DNA of 57,491 bases, filler included, from Catajapyx aquilonaris (Eukaryota): NCBI GenBank assembly GCA_000934665.2. It is 3 parts of 3 records of this genome, joined end to end, with 100 filler letters (N's around TTAATTAATTAA, not from the genome) between each part and the next. Parts side by side here need not be neighbours in the genome. Positions count along the whole stretch, not along the records: positions 36,742 to 57,491 come from JYFJ02006728.1; 2 more parts are not named here. One strand, written 5' to 3'. Below, one piece after another: positions 50,673-57,491 of this stretch; position 1 is the stretch's first letter; each line of letters opens with the position of its first letter. Both the position numbers and the translations under genes were made by a program. The notes under the pieces are model-generated. The model saw nothing but the letters and a program-made list of their open reading frames with translations. It made no database searches and was not told where the DNA came from.

Positions 50673-51212
50673 CATCAGTGCCAAATTTCAAGCTGGCAGA
50701 GACTCTATAAGTACTCTGCTGTATCGTAGGAGTTGCGGGGCTGGTTTGGACTCAAGAGTCGCTGCATCAATGAATGTCTCTTTTGATTTTTTTCTTCAAG
50801 CTTTCCCTTTTTTTAAAGGTCATTTTGAAAAGGTCGTTAATGTGAAACGTCATTAAAGGTCTGTCGGAAAATTGGGGCTACCTCTATATTACTGCAAGTA
50901 GTTTTTTAAATTTAAAAAACAACCAAACTCACCAATTCCTTATCTGCACTAGTCCTGTTTGATACAATGCTGTAAAGCTGATGCTTGAGAATAATTGGTG
51001 GAAAAAAATTGGCAAACTTTTCTTTTGGCCATAAGGATCTTATATATCTAAGAGCAGATTCTGCATCTCTTATATGTTCATGTCCATCTTGGATGCAGCT
51101 CCCAATGCATAATCGCTTACTGGCACATTTATATGCATTGTGAAGATATGAGCGTTTCATCCTCCTCCCTTTGTTATACGCAAATATATCTTTACTCAAG
51201 GAGCATAAGTAA

Positions 51213-51848
51213 TTACTCAACTATTTCATCTGATTTCCATACTCCCTTCTTATTTTTTTCTGCCAATTTCTCACAATTTAGCAACTCCTTGTAGTATGCA
51301 AGATACACTTCATCATTGAAGTAACAAGACTTAAGTGGTGCTACTATTGCCTGGCCTTGAAGTACCAGCTGTAAAGCAAAATTTTGCCTCTGCCACCAAA
51401 ACCAACTTGTTCTACGGTAAACAATGCAGTCTAAAACATCGATATCTAGGGACATTAACTGAAACCAAACTCGCTGATTGACAGCCAACTGCTGCAAAGT
51501 AGACCAGCCCCCAGTTTTAAGATTAATACCAGACAATTGGACTGGTACTGCAGACACAGACCGTCTCACATTAATAATAGGCAGATGGCTAATATGAAGA
51601 AATGCAGTCTCTCCTTTCACTTGAACTGCAGTGACTATTCCTCGAAGCCAAAAGTGTTTCTGAAGAAATTCAGGAGGGATGGCGGCTATAGACTGAAACT
51701 TGGCTGCAAGCCGCAAGCTGCGAAAAATCAATGCCAGTCCAATGCAGCCAATGCCATACGTGCTGTACTGCAGGGCTCTTATGTGGCAGTCCAGATAATT
51801 TGTCAGTTGCACAAATCTACTGGTCGAGTTGCTGTTCTTGTCAGACAT
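51213..51848 (-). CDS. C3orf33-like (SNase-like OB-fold) protein, single coding exon, 211 aa
   Basis: GLALIFRSLRLAAKF....IPPEF......LRG...HLPI...V.LSGI.L...G...L......VWFQL...L...E..A.K.KKGVW matches the C3orf33 family as I recall it; acceptor ttttacag 31 nt upstream of ATG 51848. Confidence 0.8.
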   Translation of the reverse strand: MSDKNSNSTSRFVQLTNYLDCHIRALQYSTYGIGCIGLALIFRSLRLAAKFQSIAAIPPEFLQKHFWLRGIVTAVQVKGETAFLHISHLPIINVRRSVSAVPVQLSGINLKTGGWSTLQQLAVNQRVWFQLMSLDIDVLDCIVYRRTSWFWWQRQNFALQLVLQGQAIVAPLKSCYFNDEVYLAYYKELLNCEKLAEKNKKGVWKSDEIVE

Positions 51849-54432
51849 GCAAGGTGTCAACTTCCTAATAGCTTCGCACCTGTAAAATGCAGATGAATAT
51901 CACTTGCATGAACATTCACGAGTTGTGCATCAGGCTGGTACTTGCATCAATTAGAGTCTTGGCAAATAAGTCTGTAATATGCAGATAACAAGGGAGGAGA
52001 CAAAGTGGCAACCAATCCATATTCTATTATGTTCCAAAAGTAGCAAGTACTTGTACACTGACTGCCATGTTTACTTTCATCCTCCAATTGTTACCCCCAA
52101 ATCACAATTCCATGAACATACAGTAATGCAGAGTGGAATGGTTGCCAATCAGAGACTCTTAGATGGGGGCGGGGGCAAGGGAAGAGAGGAAAATAATGCA
52201 CAATACAATGAGCAGGAACATTTGCCATGGGAGACGGAACTAAATGCAGTGAAACCTGCCCATAGAATGAACCCTGCATACTGCACAGAGTTGTATATTG
52301 CAAAAAAAATTGCGCGCTCCATGCCGCCAGATAAGAGTCTCTTTGTTTGACCATATCAAAAGGAACTTCTCTAATGCAGGCATGGGGAGCATTTCTGGTC
52401 TATCAGTATCCAAGTCTCTGCATATAAAACAGTATTTTTCTAACTTTCTTGACTGCAGCACACTTAGGGAGGGGAAACGATCCTGCCACCCACTCATACC
52501 CATAAAGAAATTTTCATTTGCTCTAAAAGTACAATAAAGCCTACATTTTGATCAGTTTGTGGTGCACCCAGACTGCACTGTCGAAAGGCGTGAAATGATA
52601 TCAGAGTCCTTATGAATGGCCCCTGACAAATGGGAGAGAGTGGATGTGACTCTGTTCCTATTTTCCCTGTTCTCAAAAGGAACTAAACACATGACATTTT
52701 TCATATAGTAGGCCTATGTATACCACCACTTCCACATTTTCTAAAATATGGTCCCTTCATTTTTTACTGGCATGCCAGTATGCAGCGTAACAAGCAATTT
52801 GGCAGTAGAACATCATTATTGATATTTACATACCCTTGTTTTACTATCCCCTCTGCCATCCCAACAACCCTTACTGCAACTTGTTGCAGAAAGCTTCCCC
52901 TCCCTCTGTGAAAGGACAAAGCCTTCCAAGTTACACTCCATCTGGTAAAACTCGCTTGGAGACCTGTTTGGGCTCTAGGGGAGTCTGAGTAGGGGGGATA
53001 ACTAACTTATCTATGGTGTAACTCTGTGTAACTACAAAGTCAACAACTCTTACATGCTAGAAAAACCACCTTACATACTGGTAGTTACCTCAGCTGTCGA
53101 GACTAGGGCCCTAATATCTTGAAGTAGCCCTAAATAATCGTATCTAATTAGTTGGCCATATAAAAACGACATTTACCTAATATTTCATTTGATTGCATCT
53201 GTATTGAAATCCGGTGGAGTAGCGGAGATTCTTCGTTTTGGTTCAGCCTTAGATGATCTAGATTTGTTATGTTAACAGTTTAAGCACAGGCCATGGTAGA
53301 GGGCAGCATGACTACTAAAAATATACGAATAGTGTACTATACACAAAGAAACCATGAGAGAAAGGACTGGCAAGGCGTAGCGGAATTGAATCTGGCATGG
53401 CGCCCAGCAGCAGTATTCTAGCCGTACCATTTCACACTAGCGCTCCTGGAAGCGGATTATGAAGTCTGTTCCCACCCTCCTATTCAAATCAAACATCTTC
53501 TGGGCCAATCCAGTAAATAAAGAAGAAAGGGCTAAGCCGGGAGACCCCGCACTTTTATCTACTTTCCTAGGCTTGTATCTGCTGAAAGATAGGCGTGGAT
53601 CCGCTGAAGGATAGGTGTGTATCACCGGGAAGGAAAGTTAGGTCATGGGCGTCATGGGGTAGGTTGGTACAGCTACCCTGCGCTCCGATCGAGGTGTCCA
53701 AATATTCTCATGTGGTCGAATTATCAGATGCAAGAGCTAATATCAGATGTTATATAATTACGCACCTCGATCAGGGTACAAAAAGTTGCACAAAAAATAA
53801 CAGCATCGTCGAGAGAAATTTGCGACAACAGAAAGGAGCCGGATGTTTAAAACGCACTGTATATCTGGGAAATAGACGCCTGAAATTTCGGATCTTGCAG
53901 CACAGTTTGTGTACCTATTCCAATGGCATAGAGAAAATAGACCGCATAACCAAATGCCGCTAGCCCCATCAACCTGCGAAGCCGAAAAGAAACCCTTGGC
54001 CGCCACGACATTCCCGGGAAAAACAGCTTATATTAAATCACGTTCCAAATGGTTGTGTTTGCCCTGGTGGTTACGTGTACTTTGCAGAATTGAGGGCTTT
54101 TGGTAGTTATTTAAAGAAACTTTCTGAATCTAAATCACACGCAGGGTGTCTAACCTGGAAAACCTGGAAATCATGGAAATATCCGGGAATTTCATTGTTC
54201 TGGAAAAGTGAGGGTATTATCAGGGAATTTCTTTGCCAATCTGGAATTCTGCCCAATAAGGAATCGGTGACAACGGCAGTGTGAGCACCAGCCATCCTAT
54301 TCCCATTATTTGTTAAAATCAAATCGGAATTTGATTATCCACTCATTTTCCTCTTTATTTATTGTATGGCTAAGTTATGTATGGTAACACTCTTGATGGT
54401 AAGTTATGTATGGCTTGATTTGGATTGGAGAG

Positions 54433-54872
54433 AAGCGGCTCTAAGCCGTGGTACTCCTGAGGGCAGGAGGGCAGGAGGGCAGGAGGGCCGGAGGGCCGGA
54501 GGGCCGGAGGGATCCTTGCCCGCGCGCCACCAACGGTCGTTTCCGCAACTACCCGCGAGGGAAGCATAAGAATCCCCATCGGAATAAGCAATTCCAGCGA
54601 TGGCAGACGTAGCGTATTGGTAAGCGCGCTGGCCTATAGATCGGAAGGCTGCGGGTTCGCGTCCCGCTCAGGGTTCTTTTTTTTCCCCTCTTTTCTTACG
54701 TGAAGATAGGCTGTATCCGCAACGAGTGAAGGTTAGGTATGGTTAGGTTGGGTTAGTACAGTGAAAATTAATATTCCAGCTCTGAACAGCGCGGGCAAGG
54801 ATCCCTCCGGCCCTCCGGCCCTCCGGCCCTCCTGCCCTCCTGCCCTCAGGAGCACCACGGCTTAGAGCCGCT
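54433..54872. mobile_element. MITE with ~90-bp TIRs containing 9-bp (ggagggc[ac]g) repeats, enclosing a tRNA-like segment
   Basis: agcggctctaagccgtggt.ctcctgagggcaggagggc... / ...gccctcctgccctcaggagcaccacggcttagagccgct. Confidence 0.8.
54602..54674 (+). pseudogene. tRNA-like sequence (Tyr-like loop), not a functional tRNA
   Basis: A-box-like TAGCGTATTGGT, loop CTATAGA, perfect T-arm GCGGG-TTCGCGT-CCCGC, T8 run after it; acceptor stem does not pair. Confidence 0.55.
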
Positions 54873-55509
54873 CGTGATTGGAGGGTGGGACGAGCTTGCC
54901 CAATCCGCCCCTGGAGCTCTAGTGTGAAGGAGTATTGGCTGTTGCCTGTTGGGCGCCATGCTAGCTTCATTTCCGCCACACAGAGAGTGCCGTGGCCACC
55001 ACCTTGGCCGATATATCAACAGATATTGGTAGTACCAGTCGATACCATAATTTTGCGTGATTTAAAATGCCATTAAATTTATAAAGTTAATGCCACCTAA
55101 ATGGACACGTGAAATTAATGAATTACGCTTTTAACATTTTAATTCCAATACATTGCTGACAACCGTGTTGGCAACTATTCACCGTAGCAATTTTGTTTTG
55201 GCAGCGCCACAAGCGGTCAAACTTGCGGAAGTGAAAGAGTCATTGTGCATTTTCGTTATACAACGTCCCTGTCCGAGTGACATTTACATTATAGTAGATG
55301 TAAATCTCTACCCACGTACTTAAAATCGCATGACGAAGCGAATCACTACAAGCTGGGTGAATAGTCTGATGGTTTGGAAGTGAACAAATCGTAGATTGAC
55401 ACATGCGGTAGGTTACTTCCACCAATGACTGTGGATGGGACGAGAAGTTGAACCTAAAATCAGCTGATTGACCTCGGCTTATGAATCGGCAACTTTTGGG
55501 CGAGGAACT

Positions 55510-55524
55510 ATGCCTATGAATATG
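55510..55524 (+). CDS. Npl4: putative first coding exon of Npl4 (MPMNM)
   Basis: ATG...ATG|gtgagt consensus donor, phase 0, fits the next exon ILRVQSPDG; short, so uncertain. Confidence 0.45.
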
Positions 55525-56239
55525 GTGAGTTATGCTGTGATTTAGAAAATTGGCATTTTGAAAACTTACCAACAGGGTTCTCGTTACTGTGACAGAACAT
55601 GATTGGTGTGGGTCATAAGGTTGTAGATATGAAGCGGATGTAACTTAACAGGTGATACAAATTTGGGTTTCAAAGAGAATATAACATTAGTAATGAATTT
55701 TGTTGCAGAGACAATGCTAATTTTGTCAGTGCATATGTTGTGGGTTGGGTGGAATATGTATTATGAATTTGGGATATCGCATATCAGCTGCTCCCTCTCA
55801 GTTTAACTAACATGACATAGCAAAAGTCCAGAAATTGGGACATACATGTACAAGGCATATGTCATTTTGTACATGAGGAATAGATGATTTGTGATTGCCT
55901 CTAATAGGTTGATTAAGCCTATTCTGCTCCAATTAGAAGTCTATGCATTTTCCAGCAAGAGGTCACACTTTACATTGTGCATGCATAGGCAAAGGTACAG
56001 TCAGCTGGAAGTTTAATCATTCTAGAGCTTATGAGGGTGTTATATTGTCACTGAAAAAAAGTCGTAGGCACTACCTTCGTAGGTAAGTATAAGGAAAACA
56101 TTCACTTTTACCCACACTAAGTAAAGTGAAATACAAAGTCATAATATAGGGTATTTGAAAGTCACAAGTTAAGCCAGTAATTATCATGGGCCACATCGAC
56201 ATGCATAGTAATAATCAAGACATTTGTTTGGTTTCCCAG

Positions 56240-56320
56240 ATTCTGCGGGTCCAGTCACCAGATGGAACGAAGCGCATTGAAGTCACCCCATCTGATAGCA
56301 CATGCAGCTTGTTTGAGAAG
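56240..56320 (+). CDS. Npl4: Npl4 (NPLOC4, p97/Cdc48 cofactor) exon: UBX-like N-terminus
   Basis: ttcccag|ILRVQSPDGTKRIEVTPSDSTCSLFEK|gtatga (cf. IIRVQSPDGVKRI). Confidence 0.88.
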
Positions 56321-56833
56321 GTATGATCTTTAAACAAGGATTATTAATAAAAACGAACTTCCACAATTTATAGCTACACATGGCTTAGAAGGCAATCGGT
56401 AAAGAAGTTAACAAAAATTTTCTTCTTTTAAATAAAGACTTAATGCCATTTTATGATAATTTGAAGTTATGTTATTAATAAATGTGCCTCATCTAAAAGT
56501 TTAAACGAAAGTTTTGGTGGCAAAGAGAAATCTTTTAAAAGCCTCGATAATGATAATTCTTAATTTTTGTTACTCACTTTCATGTTTTAACTGATCTCAT
56601 TTTGAAAACTTGTAATACATGTATTATGTATTGAATCAGAGGCATGCATTGATTTGCAGCAGAAGTAACAGGCCTAGCTGGTAGCCTAAGGAGGTCAGTA
56701 AATGACCAAAAAAAGAAACTTACTGTCCCATTAAGGAAACTTGTGTGAATGGTGTTGTGTTATAGCATGCTTTCAGTTTTTAAACCTTTTAAAAGTGCAA
56801 TTCTATGAATTAATCAATGGCTTCTTTTCACAG

Positions 56834-57186
56834 GCTCATGACGCATTCAACTTCTCAAGTTTTGCATTCACGCTGTACAAGAATCGAGGCCATGCAGATG
56901 AAATTATATCATCCAAAAGCAAAACCATCAAGAATTATGCTTTGAATCATGGAGACATGGTGTATCTTGTGCCCCTCACTGATAATTTGACAAAGCACGA
57001 ATCCGACACAGAATCGATCAAAATTGCAAAGGGAGGAAATGAGAAGGGAACAGATGGTGTCTGGGAGAAGGACAAGAATGGCAGTGGCCCATCTGGTAGC
57101 ATGGAAGTTAAAGTTGTTGAAGATCCAGTCGACATAGCTCTGAAAAAGACAGATGGAAAAATCCAGAGGAAGCGAGATGACAGACT
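56834..57186 (+). CDS. Npl4: Npl4 exon; gene continues beyond the window
   Basis: ttcacag|AHDAFNF...LNHGDMVYL...VVEDPVDIALKKTDGKIQRKRDDRL|gtacgt (cf. KHGDLLFL..VVEDEIDQYL.KQDGKI.R.RD..LC). Confidence 0.88.
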
Positions 57187-57491
57187 GTACGTATGCTCTG
57201 CATAATCATTAATACCTTGTCTCAGCTAAGGTTTGGTCCGAATTATTCAATATCTAGGATGATGTGAAAGTTCCCACTTCCTCTTGGATCTGGGTTTCTT
57301 GAGAGGCTATTAGATAAAATTAGTGTATTTTGTCAATGACAGAGATAATTGCACACTTATTGCTGGTCTGCAGTTTATCTCCTAAATTATTTTAAAATCT
57401 ATAATATTAAAATGCTTGCGGACGGCCGCCGAGCCCTCCGATTGGTCCGCCCCCGTATTATTGCCGCCACCTCCCCATTGGCCCCCGTCCA

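Overview
Eukaryotic (arthropod-type) genomic DNA in three contigs joined by artificial 100-bp N/TTAATTAATTAA spacers (18418-18517, 36642-36741), so linkage across the gaps is not established. Contig 1 holds a complete six-coding-exon abrupt (BTB-zinc finger) gene. Its long downstream region, a putative 3' UTR, carries let-7 and miR-125 seed matches, and its introns contain transposon relics. Contig 2 is mostly nested transposon derivatives (Harbinger-, P/hAT-, piggyBac-, mariner-, Tigger-type MITEs, a Chapaev3 transposase fragment, tRNA-SINEs, a LINE 3' end), plus scattered exon-like pieces of an unrecognised minus-strand gene. Contig 3 holds an F-box/LRR gene and a solitary, strongly divergent replication-type histone quartet (H4<-/->H3, H2A<-/->H2B; no H1; all with 3' stem-loops; H2A and H2B carry small frameshifting insertions). 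The quartet is followed directly by a 5'-truncated, spliced GLYR1/NDF-like dehydrogenase-domain fragment, a 1.9-kb TTAA-flanked palindrome, a C3orf33-like gene and the 5' exons of Npl4. The best candidate for something undescribed is the variant histone module with its adjacent GLYR1/NDF remnant. All family assignments are from motif recognition by eye; no database search was run.
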